Source: Polyangiaceae bacterium
GTDB lineage: Bacteria; Myxococcota_A; Polyangia; Polyangiales; Polyangiaceae
Length of the DNA stretch: 64,000 bases
NCBI GenBank assembly: GCA_044222475.1
Contig: JBGANF010000018.1
Coordinates: 1 to 64,000, forward strand
Direction: 5' to 3'
Below the pieces are notes generated by a model. That model did not search any database. It was not told the origin of the DNA and saw only the letters and a list, made by a program, of their open reading frames with translations. Position 1 is the stretch's first letter; each line of letters begins with the position of its first letter. The position numbers were made by a program, and so were the translations under genes. This document shows, piece after piece, positions 50,552 through 61,250 of this stretch.

Positions 50552-51463
50552 ATGCCCAGCGCTTCTGCCCAGCTCGCCGCCGCCGACGGTTCGGTGCTGG
50601 CGCTCGCCCAGCCCGATCGGGCCGCGCTCGTCGTTCGCGGCGCGGACCGGGCGACGTGGCTCAACGGGCTCCTCACCTGCGACGTCACCAAGGTGAAGCC
50701 GGGCGCGGCGGCCTACGGGCTCGCGGTCACTCAGAAGGGGCGGGTCCTCGCCGACCTCGTCGTCCTCGTCGCGGAAGACTCGGTGCTGCTCTCGGTGCCG
50801 GCTTCGTCCCGCGCGGACCTGCTCGTCCACTTCCAGAAGTACCTCATCATGGAGGACGCGGAGATCGCTCCCTCCGAGGAGTCGTTCTTCGCCGCGCATG
50901 GCCCGAAGGCGAGCGACCTCGCCGCGCGCCCCGAGATTCGCGCCGTCGCGGCGGCGTACGAGCTCGACGTCACCGGGCGCGGCGGCGTCGTGCTCGTCGC
51001 GCCTCCCGGCTCGTGGGACGCCGTCGCGGCCGAGCTCGCGCGCGCCGCCGAGGCGCTCGGCGGGGCCTTCGGCGACGGTGCGGGGTGGGAGGCGGTCCGG
51101 CTCGAGCGCTCCGTGCCGGCGTTCGGCGCCGATTTCGACGGCTCGACGTACCCGCAGGAGGCCTCGCTCGAGCGTCGCGCCGTGTCGTTCGACAAGGGCT
51201 GCTACCTCGGACAAGAGGTGGTGTGCATGCTCGAGATGCGGGGGCACGTGAAGCGCAAGCTCGTCCCGCTCGAGGTCGACGGAGCAGCGACCGCCGGCGC
51301 GCCGGTGACCGACGCGAGCGGCGTCGAGCTCGGCAAGGTGACGAGCGCCTACGTTCGCGAGGACGGCGCCCACGCTCGCGCGCTGGCGATGGTGAAGCTC
51401 TCGCACACGACGGCCGGCGCCGAGCTCCGAGTCGGCGCCCACGCCGCCCGCGTCGTCGCTTGA
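50552..51463 (+). CDS. ygfZ: Folate-binding Fe-S repair protein YgfZ
   Basis: GADRATWLNGLLTCDV; signature SFDKGCYLGQEVV. Confidence 0.92.
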   Translation: MPSASAQLAAADGSVLALAQPDRAALVVRGADRATWLNGLLTCDVTKVKPGAAAYGLAVTQKGRVLADLVVLVAEDSVLLSVPASSRADLLVHFQKYLIMEDAEIAPSEESFFAAHGPKASDLAARPEIRAVAAAYELDVTGRGGVVLVAPPGSWDAVAAELARAAEALGGAFGDGAGWEAVRLERSVPAFGADFDGSTYPQEASLERRAVSFDKGCYLGQEVVCMLEMRGHVKRKLVPLEVDGAATAGAPVTDASGVELGKVTSAYVREDGAHARALAMVKLSHTTAGAELRVGAHAARVVA

Positions 51464-51475
51464 AGAAGTTGTAGT

Positions 51476-52264
51476 CTACAACTTTCGTTCGAGGCGGAAT
51501 CGCCGGGGGCGCTCGTCGGGCTCGCTCTTCAGCGTGACCTTCAGCATCTCGAGCGCGATCTCGCGGATGCGTCCATCCTTGCCGACCTTCACGTGGATGC
51601 GGTCGCCGTCTCCCTTCAGCACCTCGCACGAGCCGAACGCGAAGTGATCGACGAGGTCGCCGTGGTCGGGGAACGGCCCGTCGTCGGTGTCGGCCGGTCG
51701 AGCGGGGGCGCGAGGCGGAGCTTTCGGGCCGGGCGCCGGACCTTGAGGCGTGCTCGCGCGCACCGCTTCGGCCCACGGCGAGGGGGTGCGCTCCGGCGGT
51801 CGCTCGGGGGCGCGCGCGGGAGCCGTCATCGCTGGCGCGCTCGGCGCGGCGGGCTTCGGCGCTTCGTCGAGGGCGACCGCGACGTCGTCGAGGGCGAGAA
51901 CGACGAGCTCGCACGTGATCACTCGACCGGCGACCAGAGTCCCGGCGAACGTCTCGACGCCCATCTCCGTCTCGCGTGCGAGCACCGCGCGCAGCGCCGC
52001 GGTCGGGTGACCGCCGGCCATGCCGATCGTGCCATCGAGGACGACGAGCTGCGACTCGCCCGCGAGCGTGCGCGTCGTGCCCATGCCGCCGGCGAGCGGC
52101 GAGTACACGCGGATCGACGCGTCGGCGAGGACGCCGTGGCCGCGGAGGACTCCGGCCGCCACGGCCTCGTCTTCGAGGAGAGGCGAGAGCCCATCGGGGA
52201 GCTCGGTCCCTTCGCCCACGCGCATCAGGAGAGTTCGCGCCTGTTTCGACTCGCTGCTGCTCAT
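51476..52264 (-). CDS. PPC/DUF296-like domain protein with C-terminal Tudor/SH3-like domain
   Basis: LMRVGEGTEL, GHGVL, LVVLDGTI, AGTLVAGRV; Pro linker; GDLVDHFAFGSCEV. Confidence 0.6.
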   Translation of the reverse strand: MSSSESKQARTLLMRVGEGTELPDGLSPLLEDEAVAAGVLRGHGVLADASIRVYSPLAGGMGTTRTLAGESQLVVLDGTIGMAGGHPTAALRAVLARETEMGVETFAGTLVAGRVITCELVVLALDDVAVALDEAPKPAAPSAPAMTAPARAPERPPERTPSPWAEAVRASTPQGPAPGPKAPPRAPARPADTDDGPFPDHGDLVDHFAFGSCEVLKGDGDRIHVKVGKDGRIREIALEMLKVTLKSEPDERPRRFRLERKL

Positions 52265-52275
52265 TGCCTACGGTC

Positions 52276-53475
<1,200 letters not shown>

Positions 53476-53527
53476 GTGGGCGCGCACGTTAGCACAGCTC
53501 GCCGCCGTCCCATGCTACTCCTCCGGC

Positions 53528-54130
53528 GTGGTTCCGCTGAGCGCCATCGTCCTCGGTAGCGCATCGCCGCGGCGGCGCGAGCTTCTCGGGCTCGTACTGC
53601 CGGCATTTCCGTTTCGGGTCGTCGCCCCGGACGTGAACGAGGACGTACGGCCGGGCGAGCGGCCGGACGCCTACCTCACTCGGGTGGTGCGCGACAAAGC
53701 GGCCGACGTCGCGCGGAGGATCCCGGCCGAAGAGCGCGCGCACGTCCGCGCGATCCTCTGCGCCGACACGTCGGTGATGATCGGTGACCGTATCCTCGGC
53801 AAGCCGATCGACGACGCCGACGGGCGAGCGATGCTGAACGATTTGTCGGATCGCGAGCACGAGGTGTGCACCGCGTTCGTGCTCGCGTCGCCCGACGGCT
53901 CCGTCCGTCACGAGGAGCTCGTGCGAACGAGGGTCACGTTCCGGGCCCTCGCGAGCGAGGAGATCGACGCATACGTCTCGAGCGGCGACGGGCGCGACAA
54001 AGCGGGCGGCTACGCGATCCAAGGCGGCGCTGCCGCGTTCGTCTCCCGGATCGATGGCTCTCCCACGAACGTCATCGGGCTTCCGCTCTCGGAGGTGGTG
54101 CTCGCCCTTCGGAGACTCGGCCTCCGGTGA
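53528..54130 (+). CDS. maf: Maf family nucleoside triphosphate pyrophosphatase (YhdE-like)
   Basis: LGSASPRRRELL, ADT, ILGKP, DKAGGYAIQG, NVIGLPL. Confidence 0.95.
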   Translation: MVPLSAIVLGSASPRRRELLGLVLPAFPFRVVAPDVNEDVRPGERPDAYLTRVVRDKAADVARRIPAEERAHVRAILCADTSVMIGDRILGKPIDDADGRAMLNDLSDREHEVCTAFVLASPDGSVRHEELVRTRVTFRALASEEIDAYVSSGDGRDKAGGYAIQGGAAAFVSRIDGSPTNVIGLPLSEVVLALRRLGLR

Positions 54131-55485
54131 GCCTCCGGCGTCCGCCGAGCAGCGCGCGCGACACCGTCGGCGTGGCCGCGATCGCCGCCGCCGTGCGGGT
54201 GATGATCGTCGCCTGGGCGGCGTCGCGATTCCCTCCGTCGGGCGACGGCCAGTACTACGCGAAGCTCGCGGGGCGCGTCGCCGAGGGCCTCGGCTACACG
54301 TGGGCGTGGCCCGACGGCGTCGTGACCTACGCGGCGCACTACCCGGTGGGGTACCCGGCGCTCGTCGCCCTCGCGTACCGCGTGCTCGGGCCGACGCCGG
54401 CGTCGGCGATGTGGCTCAACGCGCTCCTCGGGACGCTCGCCACCGTCGCGGCGCATCGGATCCTCGTCGGCCGCACGACTCGCGTTCGCGCGTGGCTGGG
54501 CGCTCTCGTCGTGGCGCTGCACCCCGCGCTCCTCATGTACACGCCGGCCTTCATGACCGAAGGCGTGACGGCGTCGCTGCTCGTCATCGCGCTCGCGCTG
54601 GTCCTCGATCGATCGCGCGTCGGTTTCGTGCTCGGAGCGATCGTGCTCGGGATCGCCACGTTGGTGCGACCGCAGTGCCTTCTGCTGGCGCCTGCCCTCG
54701 GTCTCGTCGCGGGCGCCAAGACGACGTGGCGAGGGTCCGCCATTCGCGCGCTCGGTGCGACCGCGATGGTGCTCGCGGTGTGCGCCCCGTGGACGGCGCG
54801 AAACTGCGCGCGGATGAATCGATGCGCGCTCGTCAGCGTGAACGGCGGGTGGAACCTCCTCATCGGCGTCCAGACGACGACCGGGGGATGGGAAGAGCTC
54901 GACGTGCCCGAGAATTGCCGCGAGGTCTTCGACGAGGCGGGCAAGGACGCCTGCTTCGACCGCGCGGCGAAAGAGCGGATCGCGGCCGCCCCCAGCGCGT
55001 GGCTCGCGAGGGCCCCGCAAAAGCTCGCCGTCACGTTCGACTACTTCGGCGCAGCGCCCTGGTACTTGCACATGGCGAACGGAGCGTCGTTCACCGAAGA
55101 GGACAAGCTCTCGCTCGCCACCATCGAGACCGTGGTCTCGCGGTTGCTGCTCGCCGCCGCCCTCCTCACCGTGGGGTTGCGCGCGCGTCGCCACCCCGTC
55201 CGCGCCGCGTCGATCGCCGTGCTCGTCGCAACCGCAGTGGGCGTCGTCTTCGCGCTCTCGCGGCACGCGTGGCCGGCGTACGTGATCTTCGCCGCGCTCG
55301 GTGTCGTCGAGCTCTCGCGTGCTCGCGATCGGGTGCTCGGGTTCGGCGTCGCGGTCGTCGCGGCGACGTTGTTCACCCACGCCGTGTTCTTCGGCGCGGG
55401 CCGGTACGGGCTCGTCGTGGTGCCGTTCATCTCGCTGCTCCCGTTTGCGCGTCGGGAAATGCGAGTAGGAGCGTCTGTGCGATGA
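54127..55485 (+). CDS. GT-C (family 39/ArnT-like) membrane glycosyltransferase
   Basis: DGQYY, YPVGYP, MTE, LVRP, PWTARN, NGGWNLLIG, RY; many TMs; GTGA-coupled to maf. Confidence 0.75.
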   Translation: MSLRRPPSSARDTVGVAAIAAAVRVMIVAWAASRFPPSGDGQYYAKLAGRVAEGLGYTWAWPDGVVTYAAHYPVGYPALVALAYRVLGPTPASAMWLNALLGTLATVAAHRILVGRTTRVRAWLGALVVALHPALLMYTPAFMTEGVTASLLVIALALVLDRSRVGFVLGAIVLGIATLVRPQCLLLAPALGLVAGAKTTWRGSAIRALGATAMVLAVCAPWTARNCARMNRCALVSVNGGWNLLIGVQTTTGGWEELDVPENCREVFDEAGKDACFDRAAKERIAAAPSAWLARAPQKLAVTFDYFGAAPWYLHMANGASFTEEDKLSLATIETVVSRLLLAAALLTVGLRARRHPVRAASIAVLVATAVGVVFALSRHAWPAYVIFAALGVVELSRARDRVLGFGVAVVAATLFTHAVFFGAGRYGLVVVPFISLLPFARREMRVGASVR

Positions 55486-55520
55486 CGCTGGCGAGTGGGG
55501 AGCTACGAAATCACGGGCGA

Positions 55521-55550
55521 GGGGTGTCGGGGGCGAAGCCCCTGACGTTG
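55521..55550 (+). repeat. 30-nt REP-like hairpin element, copy 2
   Basis: ggggtgtcgggggcgaagcccctgacgttg; reverse complement of 32333..32362 with one loop mismatch. Confidence 0.8.
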
Positions 55551-55590
55551 CGGTCTTGCGCGGGGCGCCGCGGCAAGCCATCTTGCGCGC

Positions 55591-55995
55591 GTCGACGCTT
55601 TTCAGGTGATCGCTGGCCGGGGCAACTCGGCGGGAGGAAAGTCCGAGCTCCACAGGGTACGGTGCCGGGTAACGCCCGGTGGCGGAAACGCCGAGGACAG
55701 TGCAACAGAAAGCAAACCGCCGTCGTGTCCCCAGTGCCCGCCTCGGCGGGCATGGAACACGAAGGTAAGGGTGAAAGGGTGGAGTAAGAGCCCACCGCGT
55801 TCGTGGCAACACGAACGGCATTGCAAACCCCACCGGGAGCAAGGCCACGTATGCAGGCGCTCGAGGGCGACTCGCCCGATGCCTGCGGGTAGGCCGCACG
55901 AGACGACCGGCGACGGTCGTCCTAGAGGAATGATCGCTGACGCGAAACCGGGTGACCGGACGCGGAACAGAACTCGGCTTACGAGAAACGTCGAC
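55591..55995 (+). ncRNA. rnpB: RNase P RNA (class A)
   Basis: GAGGAAAGTCCGAGCTC, AGTGCAACAGAAAG, GGTAAGGGTGAAAGGGTG, AAACCCCACCGGGAGCAA, AACAGAACTCGGCTTA; P1 ends gtcgacg.../...cgtcgac. Confidence 0.97.
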
Positions 55996-56039
55996 CAGGA
56001 CGCCCGCTGCACCTCGGTGTGGTGGGCGTTCTGCTGTTT
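55996..56039 (+). terminator. Hairpin downstream of rnpB
   Basis: caggacgcccgctgcacc pairs with ggtgtggtgggcgttctg (G-U allowed), followed by ctgttt; lies between convergent genes. Confidence 0.6.
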
Positions 56040-56046
56040 GGCGACG

Positions 56047-56625
56047 TCACTGCGTCGTGATCTCGAGCGCGACGGACCGCACGGCGATCCAATCGAGCGG
56101 ACCCAGCGCGTTCTGCGGGAGGTTGGTCACCGACACGCTGAAGGTCGGACCTGGCGGCGCTTCGAGCGGAAGGCTGACCTCGATCCAGTTGTTGAACGGC
56201 GCCGCGGCGGGGAGCCCGTGCCGCAGCGGCGTCGGGTCGTCGTAGCCGCAGTGATCCAGCCACACGCGGTAGTGGTAGGCCGCGATGGGAGTCGCGTGAT
56301 CGTCCGCGTCGATCGAGAGGACGACGCGCGCGGAGCGGATCTTGACCGGCGGGACGGCGAAGGTCCACGTCGCGGTTTGCCCGGTGTAGGCCACGTCGTA
56401 TCCGCCGTACGTCTTGAAGGCGTCGCACGTCTTCTGGAGCACGAAGCCTCGCGGCATGGTCGCGATCGTCGTCGGGTGGTCGCTCAGGAACGACGCCGTG
56501 GCGGCAGGGACGGTGCCGCTGACGCAGGACACCGCGAGCGGAGCGTCGGTGGCGCCAGCCTCGCGGCTGCCGACGAGGACGACGACGAAGATCCCCAGCC
56601 CGGCGAAAGACACGAGAGAACGCAT
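56047..56625 (-). CDS. Hypothetical secreted protein
   Basis: Signal peptide MRSLVSFAGLGIFVVVLVGSREAGA; beta-rich mature region. Confidence 0.6.
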   Translation of the reverse strand: MRSLVSFAGLGIFVVVLVGSREAGATDAPLAVSCVSGTVPAATASFLSDHPTTIATMPRGFVLQKTCDAFKTYGGYDVAYTGQTATWTFAVPPVKIRSARVVLSIDADDHATPIAAYHYRVWLDHCGYDDPTPLRHGLPAAAPFNNWIEVSLPLEAPPGPTFSVSVTNLPQNALGPLDWIAVRSVALEITTQ

Positions 56626-56675
56626 CCCCCTACAACGCGCCCGATGCCGGGGACTTACACCCGGGCGCGCGCCGC

Positions 56676-57143
56676 CTATTTCGCGGGCTCGACGCTCGCC
56701 AGCGCGCGCCGCCACGAGCCGCGCCCGGTGCACATGCAGGTCGCGTCGCGGAGCAGCTCGTCGGTTCGCTCCTCGCGCGCGGCGCCCGCCGCCAGGTCGC
56801 GCGCGAGCACCGACGCGGTGACGCCGAGCGCGCCGACGCACATCTGGCAGCGCGTCGGTCGCTCGACGGCAAACGATTCGGTCGCGGCCCGCGCGGCCGG
56901 CGTCTGCCCGAGCGACTTGGCGGTCAGAACCGCCGCGCCCTCCGCGATCCCCCCGAGCGCGATGGCACAGCTCGCGACGAGCGCGCCGTCGAGGACGACC
57001 CGGCAAGAGCCGCACCCGCCGTCGGCACACCCGAGGACGACCGACTTGACGCCCGCGCGGCGAACGACCGCCGCGAGCGAGTCGTCCGCCTCGCCGCGGA
57101 GCACCGCCCAGTCGCCGTCGACGAGGACTCGTTTCGAGATCAG
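56676..57143 (-). CDS. CoxS/CutS-like (2Fe-2S)-binding protein, divergent
   Basis: GCADGGCGSC...ASC first cluster; CQMC and CMCTG second cluster; no canonical start at the expected position. Confidence 0.7.
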   Translation of the reverse strand: MISKRVLVDGDWAVLRGEADDSLAAVVRRAGVKSVVLGCADGGCGSCRVVLDGALVASCAIALGGIAEGAAVLTAKSLGQTPAARAATESFAVERPTRCQMCVGALGVTASVLARDLAAGAAREERTDELLRDATCMCTGRGSWRRALASVEPAK

Positions 57144-57144
57144 C

Positions 57145-57468
57145 TCAGACCGAGAACGAGGACCCGCAGCCGCAGGAGCCCTTGACGTTCGGGTTGTTGA
57201 ACTTGAACCCGGCGCCATGGAGGCCCTCGACGTAGTCGATCTCGGTCGCCTCGAGGTACTGGTGGCTCAGCGGGTCGACGTAGAGCTTCACTCCGTTGGA
57301 CTCGTAGGTCTCGTCCATTTCACCGACGCTGTCCTCGAAGTAGAGGTCGTAGGTGAAGCCGGCGCAGCCGCCGCCGATGACCCGCAGGCGCAACCCTTGA
57401 CCCCCGAGGCTCTCTGCCTCAGCGATTTCGCGGACTTTCGCAGCAGCCTTTTCCGTCATCGTGATCAT
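57145..57468 (-). CDS. A-type Fe-S carrier (IscA/ErpA/HesB family)
   Basis: MITMTEKAA, GGGCAGFTY, FNNPN, SCGCGSSF. Confidence 0.95.
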   Translation of the reverse strand: MITMTEKAAAKVREIAEAESLGGQGLRLRVIGGGCAGFTYDLYFEDSVGEMDETYESNGVKLYVDPLSHQYLEATEIDYVEGLHGAGFKFNNPNVKGSCGCGSSFSV

Positions 57469-57557
57469 GCCGGAAGCATAGGACGACTTGTCCGGTCGCG
57501 CCAGATCCCTCACCGACGTCCGGCTCCCAAGTTCGGGCACCGTCCGGTCAGCTCGGG

Positions 57558-58808
57558 TCAGTTCGAGCCGACGACTCGGACGATGCTGCCGGCCCGGCAG
57601 GCGACGACCAGCGCGCCGGGGCCGGCGGGCAGGATGGCGGTCACGCCGCCGCTTCCGCCGCCCTTGGGGCAGGGGGTCTCCCCGAGGGACTGCGCGACGC
57701 CGGTCGCGTCGATGACGCCGACGACCCCCTCGGGAGACGCGTAGGCGATCGCCCCGGTCGTATCGACGAGGACCCCGGTGTGGTTCGGGATGGTGAAGAC
57801 CGCCGTCCCGCCGTCGCCGAGGGTGAGGAACGAGAGCGACGGCGCGGTGAGCGGCACGCGCAGCGTCTCGACGCCGTTTCCGTCGATCGTCATCGCGAAC
57901 GTGCGGCCGGGCACGGCCGCCATCAACGACGCGCTGCCGTTGCGGACCGCTGGCGGTCCGAGGAAACCTCCGAGCGCGAGGGTCGCGCGGGGGAGCGCCA
58001 CGCCCTTGGCGAGGTCGAGCGCGACGAGGCGCGACCCGTCGACGATGGCGTACGCGGTGCGAGAGCCCTCGAGCGCCATGCCGCCGTCGAGCACGCCTCC
58101 GAAGCTGCCGACGCGCACGACGTCGCGGCCGGCGTTCCACGAGTACACGACGCCCGCGGCGGACGCGAAGTAGATGCGCCCGTCGGCCGAGGCGAGCGGA
58201 CCGACCGGTGCCTCTGGCGCGGTGGTTCGAGAGCGGACGTTGCCTTCGCCGTCGAGGACCAGCAGGTCGGTGCCGTACGCGAGCACGAAGCCGCCATCGA
58301 GGAGCGCGAGCGGGCTCGATCCGAGGAGCGCCGTGCGATCGCTGCCGAGCGCGACGCGGAAGCGCACGACGCCCTCGCGCCGCGCGCCGACGACCTCGCC
58401 GGTGCTGCTGACGACGACGACCGTGCCGTCGGACAGGATGATCGGCGAACCGGCGGCGCCGATGCCGAGGAAGACCTTGCCGGTCTCCGCGCCGTCGGCG
58501 CCGTGCCAGTAGATCTCGCCGCGGCCCGTGAGCACGACGACGTTGTCTCCCTGAGCGAGGGGTGACTGATCGATCGTCGACCCGACCGGTTTCCGCCAGT
58601 CGATCTTCAACGGGGGCTTCGGGAACGCGACCGGTGCGAGACCGGAGCGCTGCGCGTCGACGCGCAGGGTCGCCGCCGGACCCGCCGCGGAACCGACGAC
58701 GACCGTGGTCGGTCGACGCGCATCGACGCGTTGAGCGACCGCGTACGTGCCCGCGCTGGCCGTGCACACGAAGGCGAGGGCGCCGAGGACGAGGGTGCGC
58801 TTCTTCAT
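57558..58808 (-). CDS. Exported PQQ-like beta-propeller protein
   Basis: Signal peptide; RSG...PLKIDW; repeated SP-x-DG blades; ATGA-coupled to upstream gene. Confidence 0.75.
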   Translation of the reverse strand: MKKRTLVLGALAFVCTASAGTYAVAQRVDARRPTTVVVGSAAGPAATLRVDAQRSGLAPVAFPKPPLKIDWRKPVGSTIDQSPLAQGDNVVVLTGRGEIYWHGADGAETGKVFLGIGAAGSPIILSDGTVVVVSSTGEVVGARREGVVRFRVALGSDRTALLGSSPLALLDGGFVLAYGTDLLVLDGEGNVRSRTTAPEAPVGPLASADGRIYFASAAGVVYSWNAGRDVVRVGSFGGVLDGGMALEGSRTAYAIVDGSRLVALDLAKGVALPRATLALGGFLGPPAVRNGSASLMAAVPGRTFAMTIDGNGVETLRVPLTAPSLSFLTLGDGGTAVFTIPNHTGVLVDTTGAIAYASPEGVVGVIDATGVAQSLGETPCPKGGGSGGVTAILPAGPGALVVACRAGSIVRVVGSN

Positions 58809-61171
58809 TTCTTTCCCGTCTTGAGGATCTCGGCCTCGATCTCGGGGACGGTGGTGCTGCTCTTCGTCTGGAACCCGCGCGCGAGGCGCCCATAGCCGCG
58901 CACCGCTTGACCGGACTTCACCTCGAGGCCTTCGTCGCCCCCGAAGACCACGCGCAGGAGACACGGCCCCTTGGCGCATCCTTTGGCGTCGTCGACCACC
59001 ATCAGCGCTTGGTGCTGCGACGTGCGCCCCTCGACGATGGTCCCCTCGAAGAAGACCATCTTGCCGACGTTGGCGTCGACGCTCGCACCGAACGAGTCGT
59101 AGCTCGCGAGCACGTCGGTGCCCTTCGCCGCCGCGGTGAGCTCGGCGTCGACGTTGGCGACCCGTCGTACCACGAAGGTACCGGTGCGAGGCGCCATCGG
59201 CGACTTCGGGCTGGCGCTCGACGCCACGAGAGTGAACTTCGTCTCGCCGTCGGGGAGCTGCACTTCCTTCTCGAAGGTTCCGTCGGGCTTCACGTCCACG
59301 GCATCGCCGTTCAAGGTGAGCTTCGCGTCCTTGCTCGTCCGCCCGCTCACCCAGACGCTCTTCGCCGTCGTCACGTGGCGGGCGAGCGGGGCATCGAGGT
59401 GCAGGACCGGGATCGCGACCTTCACGGTGACGTCTCCCTTGGCGGCATCGCCCTTCGCCGGCTTCACCTCGTACGACCACTTTCGGTCGATGCTCTTCGT
59501 CTCGTCGGCGAACCCGGCGGTCTCGGCCGTGACGTCGAAGGACACGGACGCCTTTCCACTTCCGTCGAGGGTGACCGGCTTTCCGTCGACGCTGACGGTC
59601 GATCCGGGCACCGCCTCGACGAGGACGCCGACCGAGGGGCTCGCGCCGTCGAGCTTCGCGAGATCGGCGCGGATGCGGTACGAGACCGGGATCTTCACCT
59701 TGACGACTTCGTCTCGTCCCATCGCGGGACGATCGATCGCGATCGCGAACTCGTTGTCGCCGATCTTGAGCGGCTCGGCGAGGTCGATGTCCGCTTCGTT
59801 GTGAGCGAACGTCGCCTTCGCGGTGCCGATCGCGGCCGTCGTGCCGTCGGCGCAGGTCGCGCACTTGAGATGGAGCTGCTCGTTGCCCGTCGCGCCGAGC
59901 TGCGCCGTCGCCACGATCGGCGCACCGCCGCGCATGAGGAACGCGATCACTCCGCCGATGAGCACCACGAGGACCAACCCGCCGATGGCGACGGCGGCGA
60001 TCGGTACGCCGCGCTTCGCGGTGGGGCGCGGCGCCGAAGGCACCGGCTCCTCGAAGGTCGGTGCCTGCGGTGCCGGAACGATCGCCGGCAGCGGCGCAGC
60101 CGGCGCGGCATGCACGGGCTGCATCGGCTGGCTCGCTTGGCCCGGGTTGATCGGCGCGATCCCGGGGGCCGCCACGCCGAGCATCGTTCGCATCCCCAGG
60201 TTGCCGCCCGGCGGCGCGGCAGGAGCCGAGTGCGTCGGCGCGATGCCCGGCACGGCGACGCCGAGCATCGTCTTCATCGGCACGTTGCCCTGCGGGGGAG
60301 CTTGCGGAGCCGGTTGCTGCGGCGGTGCGTGAGGTGCGGGCGCGGACGCGGTGAGCGGCGCGATGCCAGGGACGGCGACGCCGAGCATCGTCTTCGCGGC
60401 GATCGGCTCGCGACCTCGCGGCGCCTCGCCGTGCACGGCCGGTTGACCGACCGGCTGCGGCGCCTGCGGTGCCTGCGGTGCCGGTGCCTGCGGTGGAGGC
60501 GCTGCGGCCTGCAGCTGCGCCATCAGCTCGGGCGAAGGCACGCCCAGCATCGTCTTCGCGCCCAATCCTGCGGCCGGGGCGTTCGCTGGCGGCACGGCGT
60601 GGGGCGCGACCGGCGCCTGCGGCGCGACCGGCGCTGGGGCCGGCGCGGGTGCGGGAGGCGCGAGGTTGCGGAGGTCCGCCGGCGCCGAGAAGCCGAGCAT
60701 CGTCCGCGCAGCGATGGGCACCGCAGCCGCCGGTGGCGGCGCGGACGCGGGCCGCGGCGGCTCGGGCGCGCGCGGCGGATGGGGCGCAGGGTCGACGACG
60801 TGCGGTTGGATGGCGGGAGGCGGGTGCGCTAGAGGAGGACCCGCGATCGGCGAGGGCGACGGGGCGAACGGCTGCATCGGCGGAAACGCCGGCGCTTGAG
60901 GGAAGGTCGGAGGCGCTGGCGTTGCCGCCATCGGCTGGGTCGTCGCGCTCTCCATCGTCGGCGGTGCTTGGGTCGCTGGCGCCGGCGACTGCGTCGTCGG
61001 CGTCGTGGGGAAGACCGGCACGCCGAGCTGCGTCTTGAGGAGATCGGGAGCGGGCGCCGCCGGCGGCGGTGCCGATGCAGCTCGCGGTGCGGGGCGCATG
61101 CCGCATCGACCGCAGAACTGCGCTTCGTCGGGCATGATGTTGCCGCAGTTCGTGCAGGCTCGGCCGCTCAT
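58805..61171 (-). CDS. Bitopic membrane protein: zinc ribbon, Pro-rich region with TMLG repeats, TM helix, periplasmic Ig-like domains
   Basis: CTNCG...FCGRCG; six [KR]T[MQ]LG motifs; TM AAVAIGGLVLVVLIGGVIAFLM; VSGRT...LTLNG...DGTF. Confidence 0.8.
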   Translation of the reverse strand: MSGRACTNCGNIMPDEAQFCGRCGMRPAPRAASAPPPAAPAPDLLKTQLGVPVFPTTPTTQSPAPATQAPPTMESATTQPMAATPAPPTFPQAPAFPPMQPFAPSPSPIAGPPLAHPPPAIQPHVVDPAPHPPRAPEPPRPASAPPPAAAVPIAARTMLGFSAPADLRNLAPPAPAPAPAPVAPQAPVAPHAVPPANAPAAGLGAKTMLGVPSPELMAQLQAAAPPPQAPAPQAPQAPQPVGQPAVHGEAPRGREPIAAKTMLGVAVPGIAPLTASAPAPHAPPQQPAPQAPPQGNVPMKTMLGVAVPGIAPTHSAPAAPPGGNLGMRTMLGVAAPGIAPINPGQASQPMQPVHAAPAAPLPAIVPAPQAPTFEEPVPSAPRPTAKRGVPIAAVAIGGLVLVVLIGGVIAFLMRGGAPIVATAQLGATGNEQLHLKCATCADGTTAAIGTAKATFAHNEADIDLAEPLKIGDNEFAIAIDRPAMGRDEVVKVKIPVSYRIRADLAKLDGASPSVGVLVEAVPGSTVSVDGKPVTLDGSGKASVSFDVTAETAGFADETKSIDRKWSYEVKPAKGDAAKGDVTVKVAIPVLHLDAPLARHVTTAKSVWVSGRTSKDAKLTLNGDAVDVKPDGTFEKEVQLPDGETKFTLVASSASPKSPMAPRTGTFVVRRVANVDAELTAAAKGTDVLASYDSFGASVDANVGKMVFFEGTIVEGRTSQHQALMVVDDAKGCAKGPCLLRVVFGGDEGLEVKSGQAVRGYGRLARGFQTKSSTTVPEIEAEILKTGKK

Positions 61172-61250
61172 CGGTGGCTCCCTTGGCTTACGTCAAAGGG
61201 TCCGATACGTCCATTGCCATCCGCACGACTTCGCTGCATGTTCACGCCAC

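Noticed and set aside
55606..57744. 712-aa ORF starting inside rnpB
   Set aside because: Overlaps the RNase P RNA and antisense real genes; no protein motifs
57145..61106. ORF-track fusions: 582-aa ORF ending in the Fe-S carrier and 1182-aa ORF ending in the beta-propeller
   Set aside because: Upstream portions are out-of-frame readings of neighbouring genes; real starts are at 57468 and 58808
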